A DNA stretch of 38,596 nt from Deltaproteobacteria bacterium (GCA_032128375.1 JAQBGU010000170.1:1-38596); one strand, 5' to 3'. Shown: positions 9,164-19,312, counted from the stretch's first letter. The notes: generated by a model not told the origin, from the sequence alone. Numbers and translations are program-made.

Positions 9164-9224
9164 TTGACTTAGTGTCATATGAACACTAATAATAGTGTCC
9201 TCAGTACACAGATCAGTACACAGA
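9164..9224 (+). promoter_or_regulatory. Promoter with tandem NrtR-type operators
   Basis: -35 TTGACT at 9164-9169 and AT-rich -10 region ~9187-9193. Palindrome TTAGTGT-N7-ACACTAA at 9169-9189 and a second ATAGTGT-N7-ACACAGA at 9192-9212, fitting the GT-N7-AC core of NrtR sites. Confidence 0.8.
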
Positions 9225-9236
9225 GAATAGAGAACG

Positions 9237-9926
9237 ATGCCCCACAGCTACCAACATCCGCGCGCGGCGCTCACCGTGGACTGTGTCGTGTTCGGCCTGG
9301 ACCATGAGGACCTCAACGTGATGCTGATCCAGCGCAACCTGCCTCCCTTCGAGGGGGAGTGGGCGCTGCCCGGTGGCTTCGTTCACGTCGACGAGACGCT
9401 GGACGAGGCGGCGCGGCGCGAGCTGGAAGAAGAGACGGGGCTCCACAAGGTGTTCCTCGAGCAGCTGCGCACCTTTGATGCGGTCGAGCGGGACCCGCGG
9501 GAGCGGGTGGTGTCGGTTGCCTACTATGCGCTGGTCAAGCTGGGGGATCATCGGGTGCAGGCGGCCACCGATGCGCGGGAGGCGGCGTGGTTCCCGTTTC
9601 ACGACGTGCCCTCGCTGGCCTTCGACCACGCCGAGATCCTCGCCGCAGCTCTGGCGCGCTTGCGCGGCAAGCTCAGCTATCAGCCCATCGGCTTCGAGCT
9701 CTTGGCGAAGAAGTTCTCGCTCTCGCAGCTCCAGCAGCTGTACGAAGTCGTGCTGGAGCGCGAGTTGGACAAGCGGAACTTTCGCAAGAAGGTGCTGGCC
9801 ACCGGGCTCCTGGTAGAAACCGACGAGGTGCAGCAGAACGTCGCACACCGCGCGGCGCGTCTCTACCGCTTCGACATGCGCAAGTACAAGCGGCTCGCGA
9901 AGCACGGCTTCCATTTCGAGATCTGA
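9237..9926 (+). CDS. nrtR: NrtR-family regulator (Nudix + winged HTH)
   Basis: [32 protein letters not shown] (Nudix box), [25 protein letters not shown] and RAARLYRF. Confidence 0.92.
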   Translation: MPHSYQHPRAALTVDCVVFGLDHEDLNVMLIQRNLPPFEGEWALPGGFVHVDETLDEAARRELEEETGLHKVFLEQLRTFDAVERDPRERVVSVAYYALVKLGDHRVQAATDAREAAWFPFHDVPSLAFDHAEILAAALARLRGKLSYQPIGFELLAKKFSLSQLQQLYEVVLERELDKRNFRKKVLATGLLVETDEVQQNVAHRAARLYRFDMRKYKRLAKHGFHFEI

Positions 9927-10907
9927 ATGAAAGCGATGGTCTACCACGAATACGGTTCGCCTGAGGTTCTCAGGCTGGAGGACGTTCGGAAGCCGACCGT
10001 CGGGGACGACGACGTCTTGATCAAGGTCCATGCCGCCACCGTCGGAACGTGGGACTGCGAAGCGCGAAGCTTCACATTCCCGCTCTGGTTCTGGCTGCCA
10101 CTGCGCATCGCGATGGGCATCAGAAGACCGCGATGGCCAATCCTCGGACAGGAGTTGGCTGGAGAGATCGAATCCGTCGGCAAGAACGTGAGACGATTCA
10201 AGAAAGGCGATCCGGTCTTCGCGACGACCGGCATGGGCTTTGGCGCTCATGCACAATACCGCTGCCTGCCGAGCGCCGGCGGGTTGGCGATCAAGCCCGC
10301 CAACATGAGCTACGAGCAAGCCGCCGGGGTTCCGACGGGGGGACTCAACGCGCTGCATTTCCTCCGAAGGGCAGACGTCCGAAGTGGGCAGCGGGTTCTC
10401 GTCAATGGTGCCGGCGGAAACATCGGCGTCTTCGCCGTCCAGCTCGCCAAGCACTTCGGGGCCCACGTAACGGCCGTGGACAGCACCGAAAAGCTCGACA
10501 TGCTGCGCGAGATCGGTGCGGACGAAGTCATCGACTACACACAAAATGACTTCAGGACGAACGGCGAGAGGTACGACGTCGTCTTCGACCTCGTCTTCAA
10601 GAGTCCGTATTCGCAAAGCCTACGGTCCCTCGAGCGCAATGGTTGCTATCTGCTGGCCAATCCCCGGCTGTTGTCGATGATTCGAGCCCTGTGGACGTCG
10701 GCGACGAGCAGCAAGAAGATCGTTTTCGCATTCGCAGGTGCCAAGCCCGAGGATCTGGATTTCCTCAGGGAGCTCATCGAAGCGGGAAGGATCACGTCGG
10801 TCATAGATCGATGTTACTCGCTGGAGCAGCTGCCCCAGGCTCACGCCTATGTCGATACAGGGCGCAGAAAGGGAATCGTCGTCATCACCGTTGACCATGA
10901 CGAATGA
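9927..10907 (+). CDS. MDR-family NAD(P)-dependent oxidoreductase (quinone-reductase-like)
   Basis: YGSPEVL, VLIKVHAA, ILGQELAG and VLVNGAGGNIG (Rossmann); ATG directly follows the nrtR stop. Confidence 0.9.
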   Translation: MKAMVYHEYGSPEVLRLEDVRKPTVGDDDVLIKVHAATVGTWDCEARSFTFPLWFWLPLRIAMGIRRPRWPILGQELAGEIESVGKNVRRFKKGDPVFATTGMGFGAHAQYRCLPSAGGLAIKPANMSYEQAAGVPTGGLNALHFLRRADVRSGQRVLVNGAGGNIGVFAVQLAKHFGAHVTAVDSTEKLDMLREIGADEVIDYTQNDFRTNGERYDVVFDLVFKSPYSQSLRSLERNGCYLLANPRLLSMIRALWTSATSSKKIVFAFAGAKPEDLDFLRELIEAGRITSVIDRCYSLEQLPQAHAYVDTGRRKGIVVITVDHDE

Positions 10908-10986
10908 GCCGAATGAGCCGAGGAGTCTGCGATGAAGCGATCGCACGACACGAGCACGGATCACCCGGGCGAAAGGAGATCAAGCA

Positions 10987-11409
10987 ATGAATGCAGTCAT
11001 GTGGATCGCGATCCCAATCGCAACGTACCTTGGCCTTGTCATCGCCTTCGAGACTCTCGTCGTGATCATGGGCGCGAGACAGGCGGCTCGCGGCGTCCAG
11101 CCGGGTGAGGCACGGATCGTCATCGCAATATCGGACGCGAACGGAAGCGCCGATACGGTGGTCGCAGGAGTGGAGAGCGATGGGCAACTGTATGTATCGG
11201 CCAACCATTGGCTTCGTGGTTGGTATCGCCGGGTACTCGAGAACCCCGACGTCGACGTCACGCGCGCCGGCGAGCGACTCGCCTATCGGGCGATACCCGT
11301 CAGTGGTGCAGAGCGCGAACGCATCGCCCGCGACTACCACCTCCCATGGGCGATCCGCTTCCTGACAGGGTTTCCACCAAGGTCGTTCCTCCGGCTGGAT
11401 CCTCGCTAG
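10987..11409 (+). CDS. Membrane-anchored split-barrel protein (deazaflavin-dependent nitroreductase/DUF385-like)
   Basis: AGGAG RBS; N-terminal TM; WYRRVLENPDVDV..YRAIPVSGAERERI pattern. Confidence 0.6.
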   Translation: MNAVMWIAIPIATYLGLVIAFETLVVIMGARQAARGVQPGEARIVIAISDANGSADTVVAGVESDGQLYVSANHWLRGWYRRVLENPDVDVTRAGERLAYRAIPVSGAERERIARDYHLPWAIRFLTGFPPRSFLRLDPR

Positions 11410-11461
11410 CGCCAGGTCGCTTCAACAGCGAAATCTGCTCGAGGAGAGCCGAATCCCGGAC

Positions 11462-11920
11462 GTGGCGCGCGCCGGCGACCAGTCCGTGCCCGTCACCGCC
11501 TTCAGCTACGAACCCATCTACAACGCCGTACGCACGGACTGCGGCCCACGTGGCAACGATTCCGCCTTCGTTCCACCCGTTGACCCCAGCGACCGGCTGC
11601 GACCGCTAACGCGACTGTGTATACCTTCGACTACGAGGAGGCCTTCGACTTCGCGGCCATCGCCGCGCGGCTCGGGGGCAACGCGGTCGAGGTGCAGACG
11701 CGGCTCGCGGCGACGGGAATGTGCGGAGCGCCTCTCGGAGACGTGAATGGCGACGGAGTCACCGGGCAGATCGATGGAAACGTGGTGGCCTCGGACTACC
11801 CCAGCGTGCACCTCCTGCCGGGATCCAACCAGGCGGGAATCGAAGGGACCACGCTCCAGCCGATCCGAGAAAGCGTCGCCGACAACGGCTTCGGGCAGCC
11901 CGTGCGAATGGTCGACCCGC
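11462..11920 (+). pseudogene. Internal fragment of an RHS/YD-repeat-like protein
   Basis: Two frames give FSYEPIYN..PRGN, YTFDYEE, GDVNGDG and NGFGQPVRMVDP. No credible start; truncated by the 66-bp repeat. Confidence 0.5.
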
Positions 11921-11987
11921 ATACCCAGCCGAGTAGCAGCGTCGCAACGCACACGGATTTACGGCCGATCCGGTCCCCGATCCGGGG
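11921..11987 (+). repeat. ~66-bp dispersed repeat, full copy
   Basis: ATACCCAGCCGAGTAGCAGCGTCGCAACGCACACGGATTTACGGCCGATCCGGTCCCCGATCCGGGG. Confidence 0.85.
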
Positions 11988-12019
11988 CCAAACAGCCGCA
12001 GGGACCGCGCGTAGCCCGC

Positions 12020-12054
12020 GCGGGTGCTGATTTCAGCACCATGTCAGCACCCGC
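12020..12054. repeat. Inverted/direct repeat cluster
   Basis: GCGGGTGCTGA (12020-12030) pairs perfectly with TCAGCACCCGC (12044-12054); an extra TCAGCACC lies at 12033-12040. Confidence 0.7.
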
Positions 12055-12154
12055 TCGCGATTGTTAGTCGACCGGATCCGAGGCAGCCGACATCGTGGCA
12101 TCTTCAACCCGGCCGGAACGCAACGGACGACGCCCGATCCGCTACGATTGCGAG

Positions 12155-12295
12155 ATGTCGGATCAGCTGACAGAGCTCGCGCGGAGACTCGAAAGCCAGC
12201 CCTGGAATCGCCCGGGGACGCCCAAGGCGTGGGTCTTGCACGCGATGTGGAAGCGCATCCTGCTCGTGCGCTCTGCAAGACGAACCGGTGGCTAG
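12155..12295 (+). CDS. Small basic protein, possible antitoxin partner
   Basis: 46 aa, MSDQLTELARRLESQPW...; its stop overlaps the start of the nucleotidyltransferase. Confidence 0.5.
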   Translation: MSDQLTELARRLESQPWNRPGTPKAWVLHAMWKRILLVRSARRTGG

Positions 12296-12800
12296 CGGTT
12301 TCATCTCGTCGTTGACTCTTCTGGCCGATGCCGATATTCGCTTCGTATTGGTCGGGGTCACCGGCATCAACTTCTACGCTCGCGACGCCGCGCACGCATT
12401 TTCCACCCTCGATGTAGATGTTCTTCTGGAGGGCACGGTCAGCAACCTTCGCGATGCACTCGAGACTCTGAGTTCAGCCAATTTCGGGTTCGAGGCTGGC
12501 GGCGAAGCTTTCCTCGCTGGCGGCGACGATCAGGCTCTGTCGAACATCATCCGATCGGGAGCTTCGATCTCGGCTCGCCACGACGAAGAGGGACAGATCG
12601 ACCTCATGCTATCCATGACCGGCGCGTCATATCAAGAACTCGCGAGCGACGCTCGAACGTTCGACATCGAGGGGCGATCCGTGATGGTGGGCCGACTCGA
12701 ACGCCTACTGCGTTCCAAAGAACTCTCAGGACGTCCCAGGAACCGAGAGTTTCTGCGCGCCTTCGCAGCGCAAATGGAAGAAACCGACGAAGGCGAATAG
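12288..12800 (+). CDS. Nucleotidyltransferase, AbiEii/DUF6036-like
   Basis: FVLVG..G, STLDVDVLL (DxD), IDLM and LLRSK..SGRP.N motifs of short pol-beta-fold NTases. Confidence 0.75.
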   Translation: MASGFISSLTLLADADIRFVLVGVTGINFYARDAAHAFSTLDVDVLLEGTVSNLRDALETLSSANFGFEAGGEAFLAGGDDQALSNIIRSGASISARHDEEGQIDLMLSMTGASYQELASDARTFDIEGRSVMVGRLERLLRSKELSGRPRNREFLRAFAAQMEETDEGE

Positions 12801-13106
12801 CAGGCTCCATGATCGAATGCCGTCGACCACATCCGACCGGACGGCGCAGAAGCGAATACGGTTCGATGCAGCCGCTGGGTTTCGTGCAGTTCGAAGCGTT
12901 CTTCTGACTCGGTCAGGGTTCAAGAAATGGCTTCTTGTGTCACGCCAGTGCAACAGCCTTCGATCTCGAGTTTCGCGGATGGAATGCAACAATTTCCAGA
13001 TCCGCATCCGGGGCGTTCAGGTTGGGAAACCAGTGGAGACGCGTGAACCCAGCGGGTCAGTACTTCGCCAGACCATCAACCCCGTCCGATTCGAGGGCTT
13101 GTGCTC

Positions 13107-13385
13107 TCACCTACTCCGTCGCAATCGACTCGTGACCGCGAGAGCCGCAAGCGCGGCGGCTGCGAGCAGCATGGCGTCGGGTTCGGGCACCCGGGTGATC
13201 GTCGCGGAATACGAGTACGTAGCATCGAAGTCGAAGAACGAGATTACTGACCCTACTGGGGTTGGGCCATCAGCCGTAACACTGAACAACGACATGTTGC
13301 CCTCGAAGGTCGCGTCGACCCCGCCCACGTGGAATAGGCTGCCATCCGGGTTGGCGTTGCGCCATCCGAAGACCCGTCCGCGATG
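13107..13385 (-). pseudogene. C-terminal fragment of a PEP-CTERM surface protein
   Basis: ...RVPEPDAMLLAAAALAALAVTSRLRRSR* (PEP motif, TM, basic tail); no credible N-terminus. Confidence 0.7.
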
Positions 13386-13411
13386 ACCTCGTCGGTGCCG
13401 CTTTGTAGGCC

Positions 13412-13918
13412 GGTGTACTCGGCGCCCTCGGGCGCCACGAAGAAGCCTTCGAGCAGCTCGCGAAGGCCCTCGAGCTCGAGCCACTCAACGCGGATTCCTA
13501 TCACAACCGCGCGCTCCTCTACGAACGACAGGGGGACCCGGAAGCTGCGATCGCCGAGTAGCGCAACGCCCTGCGCTATCGGCCGGACTACGAGCCCTCA
13601 GCGAAGTCGCTGCGTCGGCTCACGGGCTCGGCCGAGCTGGGCCAGTCGCAGAAGCCCGAAGAGCAGCTGGCGGCCCGTATCGCCGAGCGGGCAAGCGAAG
13701 CGGCGCGCCGGGGCGACTACGAGGGCGCCATGAAGCAACTCGACGAGGCGCAACGCATCGCACCCCGCCTGGCGCTCGTCCACCAGTACCGTTCAAACGT
13801 CGCCTTTCTGCGAGGCGAGCGCGCGGCGGCGATCGCCGCACTGGAACGAGCCCTGGCGATCGAGCCCGACAACGCCCTGTACCGCTCGAATCTCGAGCGG
13901 CTGAAGGCGGGGAACTAG
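13412..13918 (+). pseudogene. TPR-repeat protein, 5'-truncated with internal TAG
   Basis: LGRHEEAFEQLAKALELEP..YHNRALLY..AIAE*RNAL..ALAIEPDN; in-frame TAG at 13559-13561. Confidence 0.75.
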
Positions 13919-14807
13919 AAGCTATCTCAATAAGGTCCAATTGAGTTCGCTATCGTTTCGTGGCCTGCCGAGAGTCGGCCCCCATCCTCCAGCACGAATA
14001 CCCCCCGCGTGGGGAAGTTTGGCGTGGGCCTGAAAAAAGAACAGCGGACATTCGTGGCACCGTTGATTCGGGAGCCGCGACGACGCAAGGACGGACGCGG
14101 GCGTCCGCGGAAGGATCCGCGCGATGTGTTGGACGGCATTTTGTGGGTTCTTCGCAGCGGCGCGCGTTGGCGAGATCTTCCACTCGAACGATACCCGTCC
14201 TACCAGACGTGCCACCGCAGATTCCAGCAGTGGTGCCGCGACGGAACGCTCCAACGTGTGCTTCATGCCATCGCGGAGGACCTGCACGAACGCGGAGGAA
14301 TCGACCTCTCCGAGACGTTCATTGACGGCTCCTTCTCGGGGGCGAAAACGGGGCTCTGCCGTCGGTAAAACGAAGCGCGGCAAGGGGGCCAAGACCATGG
14401 CGATCGCAGACGCGCTGGGTCTTCCAATCGCCGTTGGCATCTCAAGTGCTTCGCCGCACGAAGTCACGCTCGTCGAAGAGACTCACGACAACGCATTCGT
14501 GGCCGACGCCATCCACCGGCTGATTGGAGACAATGCCTATGACAGCAACGGCTTGGACGAACGTCTTCTCGAGGAGCGCGCGATCGAACTCGTCGCGCCG
14601 AACCTCTCGAGCCGAAAACGCATGAGCCAAGGTGGTCGTCCGATTCGCCGATACAGACGCCGCTGGAAGATCGAGCGCCTGTTCGCGCGGCTCCACAGCT
14701 GCCGTCGTCCCGTCATCCGGTACGAGCGCCACGCAAAGAACTTCCTCGGCTTCGTCTACCTGGGCTGCATCTGCATCCTATTGCGACATGGTTGAGATAG
14801 CTTCTAG
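13915..14807 (+). mobile_element. IS5 family (IS427 subgroup) element, two-ORF transposase
   Basis: Perfect 16-bp inverted ends CTAGAAGCTATCTCAA / TTGAGATAGCTTCTAG (including the duplicated TA/CTAG target). ORF A (~14024-14368) has GILWVLRSGARWRDLP and IDG; ORF B (to 14795) has GKTKRGKG, GD.AYD and RWKIER. Confidence 0.93.
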
Positions 14808-15030
14808 TCCGCAGGAGCTGCGCGGGGGTCGCCCCGAGCGATCGCCGCGCGGGGTCAGCGTGCCCCCGCGCCGGCCAGCGCGCCCGCCAGAAAGGCCGCG
14901 CGCTCCTGGGCGTCTGGGATGCCGTTCGCGAAGCCGCCCACGTTCGCGAGTTCTGGTAGGCTTGCGCGCACCAAGAAGTTCCGGAGACGGGCGATCCAGG
15001 CGCCCATGTGGGCCTGACACAGGACTCAAC

Positions 15031-15834
15031 TTGAACCGACTCTTGACGATTCGAGTGTCGCACTACAACGAGAAGGCGCGTTGGGCGCTCGATCGGCTAG
15101 GTGTCCGGTACCGAGAGCAGCCCTACATGCCGTTCGTTCACACGGTACCCGTCGCCTGGGCGGTCCGGCGAAGTTCTGATGCCGCCGCCGACCATATGTC
15201 CACTCGATTCTCGACACCCGTGTTGATTACCGACGATCGGGTATCCATTTGTGACTCGAGTCGAATCTTGCGCTGGGCCAGCGCCAACCACGCGGGGCCA
15301 GGCAGCGATCTATTCCCGACCGCCGACTGTGACACACTCGAGGAGCGCTTCAGCCATGGTCTCGGAGAGCACACCCGGCGGCTCGCCTACTACTGGGGGC
15401 TCGGCGACACCCGTGCGATTCGCGCGCTTGCTCGCGCGAACGTTGGGACCGCCCAGGCACTTCTGTTCTCCGCCCTGCTACCCGTAGGGCGTTCGTTCCT
15501 GAAGCGAGTTCTGTCGATCGACGCTGAGCACGCCGCTATTTCGCGGCGGAAGGTGCTCGAAGAGGTCGCGTTCGCATCAGAGTCTCTCCACGGCAAGCGC
15601 TTCCTTGCCGCGGACCGGTTTACGGCAGCGGACCTCGCCCTGGCCTGCATGCTGGCGCCGGTACTCCTCGTGTCCGAGGCCGAGGGCTACGGTGCGGTTC
15701 TACCCTCCATGGATCAGGCTCATCCCGACGCTAGAGCCTTCGCGCAGGAAATTCGAAACACGCCTGCGGGGCAGCATGCGATGCGGATGTTTCGCGAGGA
15801 AAGGTCAAACAACGTCGATACGCCCGTCGCATAA
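15031..15834 (+). CDS. Glutathione S-transferase family protein
   Basis: SHYNEKARWALD, TPVL..DSSRIL and FLAADRFTAADLALA; probable TTG start at 15031. Confidence 0.85.
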   Translation: MNRLLTIRVSHYNEKARWALDRLGVRYREQPYMPFVHTVPVAWAVRRSSDAAADHMSTRFSTPVLITDDRVSICDSSRILRWASANHAGPGSDLFPTADCDTLEERFSHGLGEHTRRLAYYWGLGDTRAIRALARANVGTAQALLFSALLPVGRSFLKRVLSIDAEHAAISRRKVLEEVAFASESLHGKRFLAADRFTAADLALACMLAPVLLVSEAEGYGAVLPSMDQAHPDARAFAQEIRNTPAGQHAMRMFREERSNNVDTPVA

Positions 15835-15947
15835 CCCGAAAACGCCTCTGCACCAAACACTCTAGGAGGTCGCCCCCCAGCGGGCACTGGTGCTCGGAAG
15901 GGTCACGCGCGATCGGACGTTCGTTTGAAGGCGGGGTAGCCCCGACA

Positions 15948-16434
15948 ATGAGTCAACCACGTTGCTTCCCAATCGGGTGGGTCTGGCTCTTTCCGATCGC
16001 CTACGCGATTCATCTCGTAGACGAACGCTTCTACTGGATCGGTACCGCGAGGTTCGCCACCGAGTACCTCGGAATCAACTTCACCGACACCGCTTGGTTT
16101 TTCGTAAACCTCCCATCGCTGCTGCTGATGGCACTCGTATCCTGGCTCATCGTCCGTGCCAAGTGCCCGGAGTGGATGCTGGTCGCTCTCGCAGTTCACT
16201 TCCTCGCACATTCGCTCGGTCGAGTCCCCACTTCGATATGGCACGGCACCATCCAGCCCGGTCTCGCATCCGGGCTTCTACTTTGCGCACCCTCGGCCTG
16301 CTGACTCTCGCACGCGGACTCCGCGTATTCACTCGACGCGAGCTCGTCCTGGGAGTCCTCGTGGGAATCGCGAGCGTTCAACCCTCTGACACTTCGCGAT
16401 GCTGCCTTGGTTGGCAGGTCCACCCGCTGTATAA
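15948..16434 (+). pseudogene. HXXEE-family membrane protein, frameshifted
   Basis: LFPIAYAIHLVDE, FFVN and PGLASGLLL; continues in another frame after ~16290 (LGLLTLARG..VLGVLVG). The end coordinate is approximate. Confidence 0.65.
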
Positions 16435-16804
16435 CACCGTTCAGATTCGACGCACCGACGTCGGCACGGATAGAAGGTGGTTCGACGAGTCCATACGCAT
16501 CGCGAAAGCCAGCAGAAACACTCTCGTCGATCTACCAGGCGGGTTGGCAGCTGCTGATGTGCGTCGCGCTCACGACCTTCCTGCCCGCGTCGAGCCTGGC
16601 GCGTCTGCCGGCGCGGCGCTAACTCTACCGCGATGGTCAGGACGAGGCGGAAGCTGCGCGCCGTGAAGAAGCGGAGGGTCGCGGCTCGTGCCGCGAGTGC
16701 GACCGTGGCCGCGAGCGCGGCCGTGGCCGCGCAGCCCCCGCTCCCGCGACCGCGTGCAAGCCGGGCCCGGATCGGGTCGCCTCGCCCGCTGCTCTTCGGC
16801 GGCA

Positions 16805-17349
16805 TGATCGCGATCGGCGGGCCTCCCCTCGGCGGCAAGAGCGTCCTCGCCGCGCGCCTCGCCGAATGCCTTCCGAACGCGCTCAGGCTCGAAGCGATCG
16901 ACGACCTCGCCCGGGCGAGGCCCTATCAGCTCGCGGAGCATGCGCATGCAGCTCCGCTTCGGGTCACGAGCAAGGTGCTGCTCGAGCGTGCGAAGCAGAT
17001 CTGGCGGAACAAGCGGCCGGGGCGCCCGCCGACGATCCTCGTGGTGACGCGCTTCGGGTCGGCGGCGGAGCGGCGGCGCGCGAAGCTACAGGCGCAGCTC
17101 GCGGGCATGCCCTTCCTCTTCGTCGAAGTTCGCTCCAAGGAGGAGCGAGCGCTGCTTCGCGTTCCGATGAGTACCCTCTCGCCCTCCGAGATCGATGTGC
17201 GGATGCGTCGCTACGACGCGGCGCTGGCCGAATACGTGCCGATGTCCCGGGCCGAGGCGCTCGCCCTTCCCGGCCTGCGACTCGATCGGGTGCTGTCGCG
17301 ACTCGACGCGGCCGTGGGTCGCGTACTCGCGGTGTGGAAGGCGCGCTGA
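16805..17349 (+). CDS. P-loop kinase-like protein (AAA_33-like)
   Basis: MIAIGGPPLGGKSVLA (Walker A), and ERRRA..A...GMPFLFVEV. Alternative upstream start at 16633. Confidence 0.65.
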
Positions 17350-17355
17350 GGCGCT

Positions 17356-18006
17356 CGCAGGAGCTCGGTCCCCATGCGCACTCGGGTCCGATTCACGGCG
17401 CGACTCTTCCATTGCATCCTCGCCTTCTTCCGAAGTCATCGAGAGCAAGCGATCGTCGAGACGGCGTTGAGACAACAGCTCGCCGGGATATGCCCAGAAA
17501 CGCCGCAGACCGAAGCGATCTCCGCTAGGACCGTGCATTTTGGATCGCGTTGTCGCTCCTCGGGCCACGAGGGAAGAGCCACATCGTCGTCGTTCGCCCG
17601 GAGACCGTAGTCAACCGCATTCCGCAGCCCATGGCAGAACGGAACCGCGGAGCGCGTCGTTGGAAGCGTTCGCCGCGAGCTTCTCGACCCCGTAGTCGTC
17701 CTGAGCGAGGACCTCCTCAGACGGTTACTCCGCGAGTACGTCGACTACTACAACTCGGAGCGCGTCCACACCTCGATGGCCGACACACCGGTCGGTCGGC
17801 CCGTGGAATCACGACCCTCGGAGCACGCCAAGGTCATCGGATTGCGCGCGTCGGCGGTCTCCACCACCGATATGGATCCGGATTGCGCGACATCGCCACA
17901 GTGCGGCACGAGGCGGGTTCCCTTTTCAGGGCGACGCAGTCCCATGTTTCCAGCAAACCCGATCAGCGAAACATACCGCGTCTCGCCCGCATTCTCAGGA
18001 CGAACA
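17356..18006 (+). mobile_element. Internally deleted IS481-like remnant lacking its left end
   Basis: 17356-17610 matches ~6129-6375; 17756-17875 matches 1-121; degenerate right end ..CAGGACGAACA near 18006. Confidence 0.75.
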
Positions 18007-18139
18007 CTCCCAAAACCGGCAGCACGATCGCGGTCGCCATCCGGGCGATCAACCCGAGCGCACTCGCAACTGCGTGGCTGATCCCGGTGTCATTGATCAC
18101 CACATTGGACACGGCCCCGACGGTCCCGAGCCGAAAGCC

Positions 18140-18960
18140 ATCCACGAGGACAGTCTCTTCAAGGTCACGCCCGCCGGAGTGATCTCGAAATCATCGACGA
18201 TTCGGGAGATGGCGGCGGGCACCCGCTGTTGGATGCATCGGCCCTCGCAGTGGATTCCGTACAAAACGTCTATGTCTCAGGCGGGTCATCGTCGAATGTC
18301 TTCAAGATCGCGCCGAATGGACAGATCACCCAGATCATCGACGCGTCTGGAGATGGCGTGAGTTCATTGCTCACGCCTCTCACGCTCGCCGTCGACTCGG
18401 TGAACAACGTCTACGTGATGGGTACGGACTCGGACAATGTGTTCAAGATCGAGCCAAACGGAGCCATCAGCGAAGTCATCGACGGCTCGCGCGATGGCGC
18501 GGGGAATACGCTCGATCGGCCGCGAGCGCTCGCGGTCGACTCCGCGAACAACGTCTACGTTGCGGGATCGAACTCGAGCAACGTCTTCAAGACCACGCCA
18601 ATCGGAGCCATCAGCGAAATTATCGACGTGTCGGGAGATGGCGCGGGGAATACGCTCGATCGGCCTCAAGCGCTCGCGGTTGACTCCGCGAACAACGTCT
18701 ACGTCTCGGACTCGATTTTTTCGAACCACGTCTTTCGGATCTCTCCAGGTGGGCAGATCAACGAAGTGATCGGGTCTCCTCCCGAGAGTCTTCTTGACCC
18801 GTGTTCCTGGCGGTCGACTCCGCCCAGAACCTGTACGTCGCGGCAGCCGATTCGGACAATGTCTTCTTCGTTCCGGAGCCGACGAGCGGCCACTCGCACG
18901 GAGTCGGAGCCGCGCTGCTCGGACTCCTCGAACGGCGCCGTCGTCGAGCGATCGGGCGGT
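18140..18960 (+). pseudogene. NHL/SBBP-like beta-propeller repeat protein with PEP-CTERM tail, frameshifted and 5'-truncated
   Basis: Repeated LAVDSxNNVYV..S.NVFKI.P.G.I.EII units (144-nt period); VPEP..AALLGLLERRRRR in a shifted frame after ~18798. Confidence 0.8.
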
Positions 18961-18981
18961 GCTGCAGGAATCGGGGAGCCC

Positions 18982-19122
18982 TGTGTGTTATCAATATCCG
19001 TCCGGCGTGATTTCATTGGGCTTTTCCGCCCTGCCCTCAACGCCCATGCTTGGATGATACACCCGATCGATACTGAGATTCAGACTCGTTCCGGCACGAG
19101 ATCTTGCGCAGGATCTCGGTCC
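18982..19122 (+). mobile_element. Isolated left end (IR + leader) of the IS481-like element
   Basis: TGTGTGTTATCAATATCCGTCCG followed by ~120 bp near-identical to 6028-6144. Confidence 0.8.
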
Positions 19123-19223
19123 TGCTGAACGAGTGGACGGATGACTTCCCGGTGCCGCGCCCGTTCTGGGTCGACCTGGTAGAGGACGCGCCATAGCCGC
19201 AGGAGCTACGCGCTTGCAAGAAC

Positions 19224-19253
19224 GAACGGCCGGCTCGCAAGAGCCGGCCGTTC
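19224..19253. terminator. GC-rich hairpin, probable terminator
   Basis: GAACGGCCGGCTC-GCAA-GAGCCGGCCGTTC, a perfect 13-bp stem just after a short orphan C-terminal fragment ending TAG 19196; weak U tract. Confidence 0.55.
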
Positions 19254-19312
19254 TCGCTATGCCCCTTGCGCTGGCCGGCCAGCGCGGATCGCGAGGGGCG
19301 ATCCTGCACCGG

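Noticed and set aside
12817..13100. Possible HNH fragment (VDHIRP) and the 189-aa plus-strand ORF starting at 12817
   Set aside because: No downstream Cys/His/Asn pattern; the ORF is largely antisense to the PEP-CTERM fragment.
13559..13561. In-frame TAG as possible recoding (pyrrolysine or readthrough)
   Set aside because: The gene is also 5'-truncated and TAG is used as a normal stop elsewhere; a Tyr-codon nonsense mutation is simpler.
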